Notes: generated by a model from the letters alone, not told the origin. A stretch of DNA of 64,000 nucleotides from Desulfuromonadales bacterium (GCA_033549025.1 JAWSUS010000001.1:267685-331684), one strand, 5' to 3'. Shown: positions 1 to 10,707, counted from the first letter of the stretch. Numbers and translations: made by a program.

Positions 1-694
1 GGCCAGGTTTCTGCTGAATGGCCCCAGTGAAAGATCCTTTTTCGTGGCCGAACAGCTCGCTTTCGAGCAGGTTTTCGGGGATAGCCCCGCAGTTGATAGG
101 GACAAAGGGTGCCTCGTGGCGGTCGCTGTTGTAATGGATGGCCCGGGCCACCAGCTCCTTACCCGTACCGCTTTCGCCCGTGACCAGAATGTTGGCCCGG
201 CTGGCGGCGACCTTGGCGATGAGATCGTAAACTTGCTGCATGGAGCGACTTTTGCCGATAAGGTTGCCAAAGGAATAGCGCCGCCCCAGCTCCTTTTTCA
301 GCTCCTGATTTTCCTGGCGCAGGGTCTTGCGTTCGAGGGCATTTTTGACAATGAGGCGGATTTCCTCATTTTTAAAAGGCTTGGTGATGTAGTCGTAGGC
401 CCCCTGCTTCATGGCCTCCACCGCCTGTTCGGTGGAGGAGAAGGCAGTGATCATGATCATGGCGGTTTCCGGCGTGCGGGCCATCACCTGGGCCAACAGC
501 TCAAAACCACCCAGCCGTGGCATCTGGATATCGCTGATGATCAGGTCGTAGCTGTTTTCCTTCAGCAAATCTAACGCTTGGGCACCGTCGCTGGCTACAT
601 TGACGCCATAGCCTTCGCGCTTGAGCATGATGGAAAGAAACTCCCGCATGCTTTCTTCATCATCAACGACCAGAATATGTGCATTTTTAGTCAC
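1..694 (-). CDS. pilR: Sigma-54-dependent response regulator PilR (5' part; runs off the window)
   Basis: Manual translation from GTG at 694 (AGGAG RBS) gives [31 protein letters not shown] (REC), then an AAA+ region with ESELFGH/GSFTGA; lies directly downstream of pilS. Confidence 0.9.
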   Translation of the reverse strand, partial: MTKNAHILVVDDEESMREFLSIMLKREGYGVNVASDGAQALDLLKENSYDLIISDIQMPRLGGFELLAQVMARTPETAMIMITAFSSTEQAVEAMKQGAYDYITKPFKNEEIRLIVKNALERKTLRQENQELKKELGRRYSFGNLIGKSRSMQQVYDLIAKVAASRANILVTGESGTGKELVARAIHYNSDRHEAPFVPINCGAIPENLLESELFGHEKGSFTGAIQQKPG

Positions 695-734
695 AGTGAG
701 TCTCCTGCCGTGTGTTTGGCCACCATTTGAAACG

Positions 735-763
735 ATTATAACGGCATGGCCCCCGACTGACAA
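735..763 (-). promoter_or_regulatory. Sigma-70-type promoter for pilR
   Basis: Minus strand TTGTCA-N17-TATAAT in the pilS-pilR gap. Confidence 0.7.
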
Positions 764-799
764 TTTTTGTTTCAGACAAAATTGAAATGGCGTGAAAGT

Positions 800-2431
800 T
801 TAAGGCAGGGTGAGGGTGAATCGGGTGCCATGAGGTTCGACAGCACGGACATCGAGGCTGCCACCGTGGGCTTCAAGTATGGTATGAACCGTCGCCAGCC
901 CCAAGCCGGTACCGCGTTCCTTGGTGGTGAAGAAAGGATCGAATATCTGACGGCGTATTTCGTCAGGAATCCCCGGCCCCGAATCTTCCACGTAGATTTC
1001 GTTGCGCTCCGGATGGATACCGATATGTAGAGTGCCGCCTTCCACCATGGCTTCGGCCCCGTTGATCGCCAGGTTCCACAGGGCCTGATGCAGCTGCTGG
1101 GGGTCGGCCGACATCAGGCAGGCGGTCGGATAGTCGCGAAAGATGCGAACGCGGGCAAAGCGCGGGTCACAGCTAGCCATTTCGATAAGGTCATCAAGCA
1201 GGGCGGGTACGTTGACGGACTCCTTGCGGGGTTTGGCCGGGCGGGCAAACACGAGAAAATCGCTGAGCAGCAAGCTAAGACGCTCTGCTTCGCGCACGAC
1301 GATACGCATCAGACGGCGGTCGTCATCATTCATGGAAGGGTTTTCCATGAGGAGCTGTACGGAGCCGCTGATAGAGGCCAGCGGGTTGCGGATTTCGTGC
1401 GCCATGCCGGAAGCGAGACGCCCCACGGCGGCCAAGCGGTCAGCCCGCTTGAGTTCGTCTTCCATGGACTTGAGATGGGTGAGGTCCTGAAAAGTCACCA
1501 GAAGCCCGATGGTCTTGCCGTCCGGCCCATCGAGCAGAGAGGTGGCGTAACCCAGGATGTGTTGTTCCCCCTTGGGGTCTACAAAAGCCCCTTCGCCCCG
1601 GCTGACGAGCATGAAGTCTTCCCCGCGCAGGATAGGGATATCAGGAAACAACTCCTTGACGGGGCGATTATAGACTTCGGTCAGAGAAAAGCCGCTAATG
1701 CGGGAAGCCGCGGCATTAAAGGAGCGGATACGCCCCTGCTCATTGACGATCATCAACCCGCTGGGGGTATTAGCCAGAATAGCCTTGTTGAGCGTTTCGA
1801 GCTCTTCATAGTCGACTTCGCGCCGCTCCAGGTCGCGTTGGCTGCGACGCAGGCGTTCCACCAGAATGCCACTGAAGAAGGCCGCAAGAAAGAAGGCGAG
1901 CACATTGACAAAAACGGCGAAGAAAAATTCACCTCCCTCGTGCGAGGTCGAGAAAGTCAGGCCACGCAATTGGGGGAGATAGCCGTAGTACTGCAGGTCG
2001 AGGAGACTGCCGTAGAGGATAGCGGCAGCGGAGGCGACGACGTAAAGATCACGACGGGGCAGGTAAACACTGGCCCCCAGAATGACCAGAATAAAGAGAA
2101 AGGAGAAGAGACTGTCGAGGCCGCCGGTGAGATAGATAAGGGCGGTGCAGAAGAGCAGATCCCAGGAAAACTGAAGGTGCAGAAAAACCCGGCAGAGCCG
2201 CACTTTGAACAACAGCAGGGCTGACAGCAGGGATTGGGCAAAGCTGGCCGCAAACAGCAGGTAGAGATAGGTATGCGCGGTGGAACCCTGAGGGACGCCG
2301 CCGCGCATTTGATAGATCAGGGTACCGCCCAGAAAAAGGGCGGTCACCAAAACCCGGACAAAGAGTAGCCAGACCAGTTGCCGCCGCGTCAGGGGTGCAA
2401 GACGGTCTGTGGCCAGTTCGCAGGTGACCAA
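800..2431 (-). CDS. pilS: Two-component sensor kinase PilS
   Basis: About 6 N-terminal TM helices, PAS, H-box AHEIRNPL, G-box GTGLGL; between pilC and pilR. Confidence 0.9.
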   Translation of the reverse strand: MVTCELATDRLAPLTRRQLVWLLFVRVLVTALFLGGTLIYQMRGGVPQGSTAHTYLYLLFAASFAQSLLSALLLFKVRLCRVFLHLQFSWDLLFCTALIYLTGGLDSLFSFLFILVILGASVYLPRRDLYVVASAAAILYGSLLDLQYYGYLPQLRGLTFSTSHEGGEFFFAVFVNVLAFFLAAFFSGILVERLRRSQRDLERREVDYEELETLNKAILANTPSGLMIVNEQGRIRSFNAAASRISGFSLTEVYNRPVKELFPDIPILRGEDFMLVSRGEGAFVDPKGEQHILGYATSLLDGPDGKTIGLLVTFQDLTHLKSMEDELKRADRLAAVGRLASGMAHEIRNPLASISGSVQLLMENPSMNDDDRRLMRIVVREAERLSLLLSDFLVFARPAKPRKESVNVPALLDDLIEMASCDPRFARVRIFRDYPTACLMSADPQQLHQALWNLAINGAEAMVEGGTLHIGIHPERNEIYVEDSGPGIPDEIRRQIFDPFFTTKERGTGLGLATVHTILEAHGGSLDVRAVEPHGTRFTLTLP

Positions 2432-2440
2432 GCGGCCCCC

Positions 2441-3658
2441 CTAGCCTCCGACGGCGCCGGCGAGTTTGAAGATCGGCAGATACATGGCGATAACGAGGCC
2501 GCCGACGGTGGTACCGAGAAAGAGCATAAGCAGCGGTTCCATCATGGCGGTCAGGTTGGAGACGGCGTCATCGACCTCGTCATCGTAGAAGTCGGCGATC
2601 TTATTGAGCATGGTATCGACAGAGCCGGACTGTTCACCGACGGCGATCATCTGGCAGACCATAGGCGGAAAGACGCCGGACTTCTCCAGGGGCTCGGCAA
2701 TGGTCTTGCCTTCGCTGATGCTCTGCCGCACCTTGTAGATGGCCGTTTCCACCGTTCTATTGCCGGCGGTCTTGGCGACGATATCGAGACCATCGAGAAT
2801 GGGCACGCCGCTGGACATCATGGTGCCGAGGGTGCGGGTGAACTTGGCGACGGCGACCTTGCGGATCAGGATCCCCATGATTGGCAGCTTGAGAGCTAAA
2901 TCATCAATTTTTTTGCGACCGGCCTCGGTCCGGTAGATCCGCTTAAAGCCCCAGAAAAAGAGCACAATGCCGCCAATGATAACCAGAATATAATCCTGAA
3001 TAAAGTTACTGAGGTTGATAACCACTTGGGTGGGAGCCGGCAGAGCGCCGCCAAAGTCGGCGAACATCTTTTCAAAAGCGGGGATGACGAAGATCAGGAT
3101 AACGGAAATGACCACCACGGCAATACCTATGATAGTGGTCGGGTAGGTCATGGCGCTCTTGACCTGCTTTTTCAGCTTGAGGGCCTTTTCGATATAAGCC
3201 GCCAAACGGTTGAGGATGGTATCGAGAATACCGCCCACCTCGCCGGCCGCAACCAGGTTGACATAGAGTTCATCAAAGGCCTTGGGATGTTTTTTCAAGG
3301 CTTCGGCGAAAGTCGAACCCGACTCGACATCTTCCTTGACCTGAAGCAGGATCTTCTTGAAGGTTTTGTTGTCCTGCTGGCGGGTGAGGATATCTAGGCA
3401 CTGGACCAGGGGCAGACCCGCATCGATCATGGTCGAGAACTGGCGGGTGAAAACGACGAGGTCCTTGGTAGTGATTTTGGGTTCGAAGCCGGGGATTTTC
3501 AGCTCCATATCCAGGCCCTTGCCGCGCTCCTTGATGCTGGAGGGGGCAATCCCCTGCCGTCGCAGGGCGGCCGTGACCGCTGCCTCGTTCGGCGCTTCCA
3601 TTTCCCCTTTTTGCACCTGGCCGGTACGGGTTTTTCCTTCCCAAGCGAATTTGGCCAT
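2441..3658 (-). CDS. pilC: Type IV pilus inner-membrane platform protein PilC
   Basis: FTRQFSTMIDAGLPL, GEVGGILD, GEQSGSVD (GspF/PilC repeats). Confidence 0.95.
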   Translation of the reverse strand: MAKFAWEGKTRTGQVQKGEMEAPNEAAVTAALRRQGIAPSSIKERGKGLDMELKIPGFEPKITTKDLVVFTRQFSTMIDAGLPLVQCLDILTRQQDNKTFKKILLQVKEDVESGSTFAEALKKHPKAFDELYVNLVAAGEVGGILDTILNRLAAYIEKALKLKKQVKSAMTYPTTIIGIAVVVISVILIFVIPAFEKMFADFGGALPAPTQVVINLSNFIQDYILVIIGGIVLFFWGFKRIYRTEAGRKKIDDLALKLPIMGILIRKVAVAKFTRTLGTMMSSGVPILDGLDIVAKTAGNRTVETAIYKVRQSISEGKTIAEPLEKSGVFPPMVCQMIAVGEQSGSVDTMLNKIADFYDDEVDDAVSNLTAMMEPLLMLFLGTTVGGLVIAMYLPIFKLAGAVGG

Positions 3659-3686
3659 CTGTCCCCTCTTCTTCCTTTAAATTAAA

Positions 3687-4826
3687 TTATCCGCGTCCCG
3701 GCGCGGTCGGCACATGCCGCTTGAGCACGGAGGCCGGGTTGGCGATCATCTGTTTCAACTCTTCCGGCTCCGAAGAACGGGTGAGCGCCGTTTCCATGGA
3801 AATCTGCTTTTTGTGATAGAGCATGAACAGCGACTGATTCATGGTCTGCATCCCGAACTTTTCCTGCCCCATCTGCATCTGCGAGTACATCTGGTGGATC
3901 TTGTCGTCACGGATGAGGGCCCGTATGGCCATATTGGGCACCATGACTTCCAGGGCCAAGGCCCGACCCTTGCCGGACATTTTGGGCAGCAGAATCTGTG
4001 ACATAACCCCTTCAAGTACGAAGGAAAGCTGGGTACGCACCTGGGCCTGCTGGTTGGTGGGGAAGACGTCGACGATACGGTTGATCGACTGCACCGCACT
4101 GTTGGTGTGCAGGGTGGCGAAGCAGAGGTGGCCCGTCTCGGCGATGGTCAGCGCCGCCTCGATGGTCTCCAGGTCACGCAGCTCGCCCAGCAGAACGACA
4201 TCGGGATCCTGCCGCAGGATATACTTGAGGGCCTTTTTAAAAGACTGGGTATCGGAGCCGACCTCCCGCTGATTGACCACGCATTTTTTGTGTGGATGGA
4301 TGTATTCGATGGGGTCTTCGACGGTGATGATATGCTCGTGACGCTCGTTGTTGATGACATCGATGATGGAGGCCAGCGTCGTCGACTTGCCGCTGCCGGT
4401 AGGGCCGGTAACCAGCACCAGCCCCCGCGGTTTTTTAGAAATGGTACGAACCACGGGCGGCAGACCGAGCTCTTCGAAGGTCAGGATCTTGTAGGGGATC
4501 TGCCGAAAAACGCCGGCCAGGGCGCCTCGCTGCAGGAAGATGTTTCCCCGGAAACGGGCCAGCCCCTTGACGCCGAAGGAGAAGTCCAGCTCGTTTTCCT
4601 CTTCGAACTTGCGTTTCTGAGCGTCGGTCAGAATGCTGTAGCAGAGCTGCTTGGTTTCAGCCGGCTGCATGGGGGGCAGCTTCATGGGGGTCATGTGCCC
4701 GTCGATACGGCACTGTGGCGCGCTGCCGGTGGTGATGTGCAGGTCGGAGCCGCCCTGATCCACCATGGCCTTGAGCAACTGGTGCATGCTGGGCATTCCG
4801 GGCCGGGGTTGCTGTTCGCTCGTCAT
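3687..4826 (-). CDS. pilT: Type IV pilus retraction ATPase PilT
   Basis: Walker A GPTGSGKST, LRQDPD, AETGH, AIRALIRD (AIRNLIRE-like), GMQTM. Confidence 0.95.
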   Translation of the reverse strand: MTSEQQPRPGMPSMHQLLKAMVDQGGSDLHITTGSAPQCRIDGHMTPMKLPPMQPAETKQLCYSILTDAQKRKFEEENELDFSFGVKGLARFRGNIFLQRGALAGVFRQIPYKILTFEELGLPPVVRTISKKPRGLVLVTGPTGSGKSTTLASIIDVINNERHEHIITVEDPIEYIHPHKKCVVNQREVGSDTQSFKKALKYILRQDPDVVLLGELRDLETIEAALTIAETGHLCFATLHTNSAVQSINRIVDVFPTNQQAQVRTQLSFVLEGVMSQILLPKMSGKGRALALEVMVPNMAIRALIRDDKIHQMYSQMQMGQEKFGMQTMNQSLFMLYHKKQISMETALTRSSEPEELKQMIANPASVLKRHVPTAPGRG

Positions 4827-4868
4827 AATGTGATCCGTTTCCTTTGGTAGCTATTCGGGGCTGCCGGT

Positions 4869-6566
4869 TCAGTCGTCAGCCACGGTACAGCGCAGAACCT
4901 CTTCAAAGGTCGTGGCGCCTTCCTTGAGCTTGGTGAGGGCAGACTGCCGCATGGTTTTGACACCGAGGCGCATCGATTCGCGCTTGATTTCGGCCGTGTT
5001 GGCCCCGGCCAGAATCAGTTCGCGGATTTCCTCAAACATGGGCATGACCTGGTAGATGCCGACGCGCCCCTTATAGCCTGTGTTATTGCAGGCCGGGCAC
5101 CCCTTGCCCCGGTAGCAGACATACTCGTCGACGTCGTCGGGCGAGGCGCCGGCATCGATAAGGGCCTGCTTGGGCACATCCTCGACCTCTTTGCACTCGG
5201 AACAGACCCGGCGGCCCAAACGCTGTGCGGTGATGAGATTGACGGCGGAGGCCACCAGGAAGGGCTCGATGCCCATATTGAGCAGACGGTTGATGGTACT
5301 GGGTGCGTCGTTGGTGTGCAGGGTGGAAAGAACGAGGTGGCCCGTCAGCGCCGCCTTGACACCGATTTCGGCCGTCTCGAAGTCGCGGATTTCGCCGATC
5401 ATGATGATATCGGGATCCTGCCGCAGAAAGGCCCGCAGGGCCGAGGCGAAGTTGAGACCGATTTCCTCGTGCATCTGCACCTGATTGATACCGGCGAAGT
5501 TGAACTCGACCGGGTCTTCGGCGGTGGAGATGTTCTCGGTAATCTTGTTGAGTTCCGCCAGGGCCGAATAGAGGGAGACCGTTTTACCCGAACCCGTCGG
5601 CCCCGTCACCAGGACCATGCCGAAGGGCTTGTGAATCTGCTCCTTGAACCACTTGAGAGCGCTTTCCTCGTAGCCCAGCTTGGTCATGTCGAGCTGCAGG
5701 TTCGACTTGTCGAGCAGACGCAGACAGATCTTCTCGCCAAAGAGAGTTGGCAGACAGTTGACCCGGTAGTCCATGTCCTTGCCGCCGGGCAGCTTGATCT
5801 TGATGCGGCCGTCCTGAGGCAGGCGTCGTTCGGCGATGTCCATCTCAGACATGATCTTGATGCGCGAGGTGATGGCGTTTTTCAACTTCATGGGCGGCTT
5901 CATCACCTCATAAAGCACCCCGTCAATGCGATAACGGACGCGGAAAGACTTCTCGTAGGGCTCGATGTGAATATCGGAAGCCTTGCGCTTGATGGCGTCG
6001 GTCAGAATCAGGTTGACCAGCTTGACGACGGGAGCATCCTCGGTGGCCTTTTCAAGCGCGTTGACGTCGACTTCTTCCTCGTCGACAAGTTCCAGGTCGA
6101 TGTCGTCAAGATCTTCCATGACCTCGGCCAGGGAGGCCGACTGATCGTAATACTGGTCAATGGCGTTTCTGATGGCCGTTTCGGATGCGACCACGACCTC
6201 GACATTGTAGCCGGTCATGAACTTGATATCGTCGATGGCGAAGATATTGGAGGGGTCGCTCATGGCGACGATGAGAGTGGCACCGGCGCGATTAATGGGG
6301 ATGATCTGATATTTCTGCGCCACCTCCGCCGTGATCAGTTTGGTCACCGCGGCATCGATCTCGAAATCGTTGAGATTGATGGAGGGCACCCCGTACTGGC
6401 GGGAGAGAAAGGAGGCCAGCTCGTCTTCCTTGATAAAGCCCAGCTTGACCAGGCTGGCGCCCAGACGCCCTCCCTGGGTTTTCTGTTCCTCCAGAGCTTT
6501 GGTCAGCTGTTGAGAATTGATCAGATTATTGCGTACCAGCAGTTCGCCAAGGCGGTTACTTGTCAT
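4869..6566 (-). CDS. pilB: Type IV pilus assembly ATPase PilB with N-terminal MshEN-like repeats
   Basis: Walker A GPTGSGKT, LRQDPD, CSEC/CPAC zinc motif, two RLG repeats at the N-terminus; ATG 6566 preferred over TTG 6593. Confidence 0.95.
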   Translation of the reverse strand: MTSNRLGELLVRNNLINSQQLTKALEEQKTQGGRLGASLVKLGFIKEDELASFLSRQYGVPSINLNDFEIDAAVTKLITAEVAQKYQIIPINRAGATLIVAMSDPSNIFAIDDIKFMTGYNVEVVVASETAIRNAIDQYYDQSASLAEVMEDLDDIDLELVDEEEVDVNALEKATEDAPVVKLVNLILTDAIKRKASDIHIEPYEKSFRVRYRIDGVLYEVMKPPMKLKNAITSRIKIMSEMDIAERRLPQDGRIKIKLPGGKDMDYRVNCLPTLFGEKICLRLLDKSNLQLDMTKLGYEESALKWFKEQIHKPFGMVLVTGPTGSGKTVSLYSALAELNKITENISTAEDPVEFNFAGINQVQMHEEIGLNFASALRAFLRQDPDIIMIGEIRDFETAEIGVKAALTGHLVLSTLHTNDAPSTINRLLNMGIEPFLVASAVNLITAQRLGRRVCSECKEVEDVPKQALIDAGASPDDVDEYVCYRGKGCPACNNTGYKGRVGIYQVMPMFEEIRELILAGANTAEIKRESMRLGVKTMRQSALTKLKEGATTFEEVLRCTVADD

Positions 6567-6665
6567 AAGACGGGTATTCTCCTGGGATGTCAATTTCCCG
6601 GAATTCTATTAAAAATAATTCCTCAAGAAAAGTTTTATCTGTTTTTCCGTGGAGTCGCAGGCTCA

Positions 6666-7517
6666 TCACTCCGTCAATATACTGCCTGCCATCACGCCAG
6701 AAGGCGGTCTCTGCCCCGCCCACAGGGCAAAGGCGGCTTCTCCCTGAGCCACAAGCATTCCGCGGCCGTCGGCTGTACGATGTTCCCGTTTTTCCGCCTC
6801 GATTTGCAGAGGGGTCTTGCCGCGCCCATAGACCATGTCGTAGACGCAGGCAGCTTCGGGCAAAAAGGGCCAGGGGAGATGGCCAAAGGGTTCCCCCTTC
6901 AGACCCATGGCCGAGGTATTCACCAGCAGGTCGACCCCGGCAAAGGCCTGCCGCAAATCCCCGCTGTCCAGAGATGTGTAAGCAAAATCCGTACCCGAGA
7001 AAAAAGGAGCAAAATGATCGCAAAGCAGTCGGGCTCTGGCCGGCGTTCGGTTGGCGATGATGATCGTCGCGGCGCCGGCCTGAGCTAAAGCGACCAGAGC
7101 CGCCCGACTGGCCCCGCCAGCCCCCAGCACAAGAATCTTTTTCGTCGCCGGGGCAAAGCTCAGATCAGCGGCAAGGGCATGCAAAAACCCCGGCGCATCC
7201 GTATTGTGTCCAATGAGACAACCGTCTTCGTGCGTCACCGTATTGACAGCCCCAATCAAACGGGCCGGCTCCGTTATCCGATCAAGAAGCGGCAGCACCG
7301 CTTCTTTATGGGGAACGGTCAGGTTCACCCCCCACAGGGGCAAAGCGCGTATGGCCCGAACGGCGTCGGCCAGATGTTCCGGCCGCACGCGAAAGGGGAC
7401 GTAGACGGCGTCGATACCGGCCGCGGCCAGGGCCGCATTCTGCATGCGCGGCGACAGGGAATGAGCGATGGGATCCCCGAAAATACCGAGCACACGTGTG
7501 CCTCCCGACAGCCTCAC
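6666..7517 (-). CDS. aroE: Shikimate dehydrogenase
   Basis: HSLSPRMQN, TVPHK, GAVNT, HNTD, GAGGAS; GTG start overlaps the ribF stop (GTGA). Confidence 0.92.
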   Translation of the reverse strand: MRLSGGTRVLGIFGDPIAHSLSPRMQNAALAAAGIDAVYVPFRVRPEHLADAVRAIRALPLWGVNLTVPHKEAVLPLLDRITEPARLIGAVNTVTHEDGCLIGHNTDAPGFLHALAADLSFAPATKKILVLGAGGASRAALVALAQAGAATIIIANRTPARARLLCDHFAPFFSGTDFAYTSLDSGDLRQAFAGVDLLVNTSAMGLKGEPFGHLPWPFLPEAACVYDMVYGRGKTPLQIEAEKREHRTADGRGMLVAQGEAAFALWAGQRPPSGVMAGSILTE

Positions 7518-8512
7518 AACGCCCCTCCCCGGCCCAGAGTCGACACCTGCAGACCGCAATCGAGATAGTCCCGGTATTCGAGGATGGGGGTTTCGGCCAG
7601 AATCTGGCGTGCCCGGCAGATGTCGGCGTGGATCGCCTTGACCAGCAATTCCACGGAGGGAAACTGCACCTCGTCGCGCAGGTGCTCGACAAAGTAGATA
7701 CGTACCGTATCCCCGTAGAGTTCGCCGGAAAAGCCGAGGATATGCACCTCGATCGTCGTCTTCGAGCCGCCGAAGGTCGGATTGGTGCCGATATTGGCGA
7801 CACCGTCCCACAGGGTATCCTGCCAGCGGACCTTGACGGCATAGACCCCCGGTCGCGGCAGCAGTTCCTTGTCCGTGCTCAGATTGGCCGTGGGGATGCC
7901 AATGGTGCGGCCGCGGGACTGGCCATGCACAACCTGGCCTTCGAGCGTAAAATGACGCCCCAGATAACGGACCACTTCCGCCACCTCCCCGGCGCCGATC
8001 AATTGGCGAATGCGGGTGGAACTGTAAACCAGCCCCTCTTTAGTGACCGGCCCGACCACCTCCACAGTAAATCCCCACTTGCGGCCCATCTCCTGCAAAA
8101 AATCGACGTTCCCCTCGCGGTTTTTCCCGAAAGCGTAGTCGTAGCCCACCACCAGATGCTTGACCCCGATGGTGCGCACCAGGATCTCCTCGACGAATTC
8201 CACGGCGGAGAGGCTGGCTGTCTGAATGGTGAAGGGGGCACTGATCAGCACGTCGATGCAGGACGCTTCAATGAGTCGCTCTTTTTCCTCGTAGGTGTTG
8301 ATGAGGCGCAGAGCCCGGTCGGGGGCCAGGACTTTCAGCGGATGGGGTACAAACGTGTAGACGACGGAAGTACCCTGAATCTCTTTCGCCTTGGACACCA
8401 CGCGACGGAAGATCTCGCGGTGGCCCAGGTGGATGCCGTCGAAGTTGCCCAGCGTCACCACCGCGCCCTCGAAGGGGGTCGTGATATTTTTCAGATCTTT
8501 TATGATTATCAT
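7514..8512 (-). CDS. ribF: Bifunctional riboflavin kinase/FAD synthetase
   Basis: GNFDGIHLGH, SSTRIR, GIPTANL, EVH motifs. Confidence 0.95.
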   Translation of the reverse strand: MIIIKDLKNITTPFEGAVVTLGNFDGIHLGHREIFRRVVSKAKEIQGTSVVYTFVPHPLKVLAPDRALRLINTYEEKERLIEASCIDVLISAPFTIQTASLSAVEFVEEILVRTIGVKHLVVGYDYAFGKNREGNVDFLQEMGRKWGFTVEVVGPVTKEGLVYSSTRIRQLIGAGEVAEVVRYLGRHFTLEGQVVHGQSRGRTIGIPTANLSTDKELLPRPGVYAVKVRWQDTLWDGVANIGTNPTFGGSKTTIEVHILGFSGELYGDTVRIYFVEHLRDEVQFPSVELLVKAIHADICRARQILAETPILEYRDYLDCGLQVSTLGRGGAL

Positions 8513-10707
8513 CGTTTTTTCGATTTTCCCTGAGCACGCCGACCCTTGGTCGGCTCCTGCGCTGCCGTCTGTTTGGCGGCCAGATCAACCAGCGTAAAAT
8601 CGATTTCGCGCCTTTCCACACTGACATTTTGCACCAGGACCTCGACCTCATTCCCCACCTGGAAAATCCGCCGTCGATACTGGCCGACCAGGCGATGCCG
8701 GTCCTCTTCGTAGGTGTAAAAATCGTCGCTGAGGGAAGTCAGATGCACCAACCCCTCGACAAAAAATTCTTTCAACTCGACAAAGAGGCCAAAGGGCTGC
8801 ACCCCGGTGATGTAGCCGGCAAACACTTCCCCGACCCGCTCGGCCATGAACTGGCACTTTTTCAGTTCGACAATCTCTCGTTCGGCCTCCATCGCCCGCC
8901 GCTCGGTCCGCGAGGTATGCTCCCCCATTTCGGGAAGCCTGTCGGCGAGTCGTTTTCGCTCCTGCTCCGCCACACCACCGGCCCGCCAGGACTGACGCAG
9001 CACCCGGTGGACCTGCAGATCCGGATAGCGCCGGATTGGTGACGTAAAATGGCAGTAATGCTCCGCCGCCAGACCGAAGTGCCCGACGTTGTCCGGCGCG
9101 TAGAAGGCCTGCTTCATGCTGCGCAAAAGGACCTGGTTGATCGTCCGTTCCTCGGGCTTGCCCTCCACCTGCGCCAGTAACTCCTGCAGAGCCCGGGGAT
9201 CGACGCCCTCCGCCTCCAGATTGAGCCCATAGTTGAAAAAGGCGATGAACTGCTGAAACGCTTGCAGCTTGGCGAGATCGGGCGGCTCGTGTACCCGGTA
9301 GAGCAAGGGGATGTCCCGCTGGCCCAGAAAAAAGGCGACGGCTTCATTGGCGGCGAGCATGAATTCTTCAATCAGCCGGTGCGCCTTGGTGCGCTCGGCC
9401 TTGATGATGTTTTCGGGCTCCCCCCGTACCCCGAGGATGATTTCCGCCTCGGGCAGATCAAAATCGAGGCTTCCCCGCTGCCGACGCATGGCGGTCAGAC
9501 CTTCCGACAGGGCCAGCATCTCGGAGAGCATGGGGTAGAGATCCGCATAGCGGTCGATGGTTTCCGCCAGCTGCTTCTCCACCATCTCGTGGACTTCGGT
9601 ATAGGTCAGCCGCGCCCGACTGCGGATGACCGCCGGATAGAAACGGCTGCTTTGGCGGTGGGCCTTGGCGTCAAAGACCATCTCGGCCACCAGAGTCAGG
9701 CGGTCCACCTGGGGATTGAGGGAGCAGATGCCGTTACTCAGCCGCTCGGGGAGCATGGGGACAACCTGCCCGGGGAAATAGACGCTGGTGCCGCGCAGAT
9801 AGGCTTCCTGGTCGAGAAGGGACCCTTCCTTGACATAGTGGCCAACATCGGCAATAGCCACCCACAGACGGGCGGTGCCGCCCTCCTCACGCCGAAGGCA
9901 GACGGCATCGTCGAAATCCTTGGCCGTTTCGCCGTCGATGGTCACGAAAGGCAGGTCGCGAAGATCTTCGCGCTGTTCCAGGTCACCCGCCTGCACAGCT
10001 TCCGGCAAAAGATCGGCCTCGGCCAGCACGTCGTCGGGAAACTCGTGGGGCAGTCCATGCTTGTGCACGATGGAAAGGATTTCGACGGCGGGATCGGAGG
10101 GGTCGCCAAGCACCTGCACGATGTGCCCTTCAGCGTTGCGAAATTCGTTCGGATAGGCATCGATGGCGACCAGGACAACCTGCCCTCCCCGTGCGCCAAG
10201 CTCCTGGCCAGCCGGCACGAAAATAGGCTGATTCAGTCGGGGGTCGGCGGGATGAACCGAGCCGAATTTGCGCCCCTGCTCGTAAAGGCCGACCAGGGTG
10301 GTGTGGGCTCGCTTCTCCACCCGGACAAGGCGTCCCTCCGGTTTTCCGGACCGCCCCCCTCTTTCCACCCGCACCACGACTTCGTCGCCGTGCATGACTT
10401 CACGCAGAAAACGCGCCGGAACAAAGACATCAGGACGCTGCTGCCCTTCCCGCGGCGAGACAAAGCCATAGCCGTCACGATGGACGGAAATCGTGCCGGT
10501 TACCAGATTCTGTTTGCGGGGAAGACTATAGCGGTCCCCCTTGAGATGGTCCACCAGACCCTCGGTGGCCAAAGACTCAAGAAGGCGATAGAACTTTTTT
10601 CGTTGAGAAGGGGAAATGCGCAGACCCTCGGCGATTTCCCGGGCAGAGAGGGGACGCCCGGGCCTGCTTTCAATGAATTTGACAATATCGCTGGGCGTAA
10701 CTGGCAT
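8509..10707 (-). CDS. rnr: Ribonuclease R
   Basis: N-terminal HTH and cold-shock domains, TIDGETAKDFDDA, HFTSPIRRYPD, S1 domain, basic tail. Confidence 0.95.
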   Translation of the reverse strand: MPVTPSDIVKFIESRPGRPLSAREIAEGLRISPSQRKKFYRLLESLATEGLVDHLKGDRYSLPRKQNLVTGTISVHRDGYGFVSPREGQQRPDVFVPARFLREVMHGDEVVVRVERGGRSGKPEGRLVRVEKRAHTTLVGLYEQGRKFGSVHPADPRLNQPIFVPAGQELGARGGQVVLVAIDAYPNEFRNAEGHIVQVLGDPSDPAVEILSIVHKHGLPHEFPDDVLAEADLLPEAVQAGDLEQREDLRDLPFVTIDGETAKDFDDAVCLRREEGGTARLWVAIADVGHYVKEGSLLDQEAYLRGTSVYFPGQVVPMLPERLSNGICSLNPQVDRLTLVAEMVFDAKAHRQSSRFYPAVIRSRARLTYTEVHEMVEKQLAETIDRYADLYPMLSEMLALSEGLTAMRRQRGSLDFDLPEAEIILGVRGEPENIIKAERTKAHRLIEEFMLAANEAVAFFLGQRDIPLLYRVHEPPDLAKLQAFQQFIAFFNYGLNLEAEGVDPRALQELLAQVEGKPEERTINQVLLRSMKQAFYAPDNVGHFGLAAEHYCHFTSPIRRYPDLQVHRVLRQSWRAGGVAEQERKRLADRLPEMGEHTSRTERRAMEAEREIVELKKCQFMAERVGEVFAGYITGVQPFGLFVELKEFFVEGLVHLTSLSDDFYTYEEDRHRLVGQYRRRIFQVGNEVEVLVQNVSVERREIDFTLVDLAAKQTAAQEPTKGRRAQGKSKKR

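Noticed and set aside
7518..7811. N-terminal extension of aroE
   Set aside because: Lies inside ribF; homology begins at the GTG at 7517
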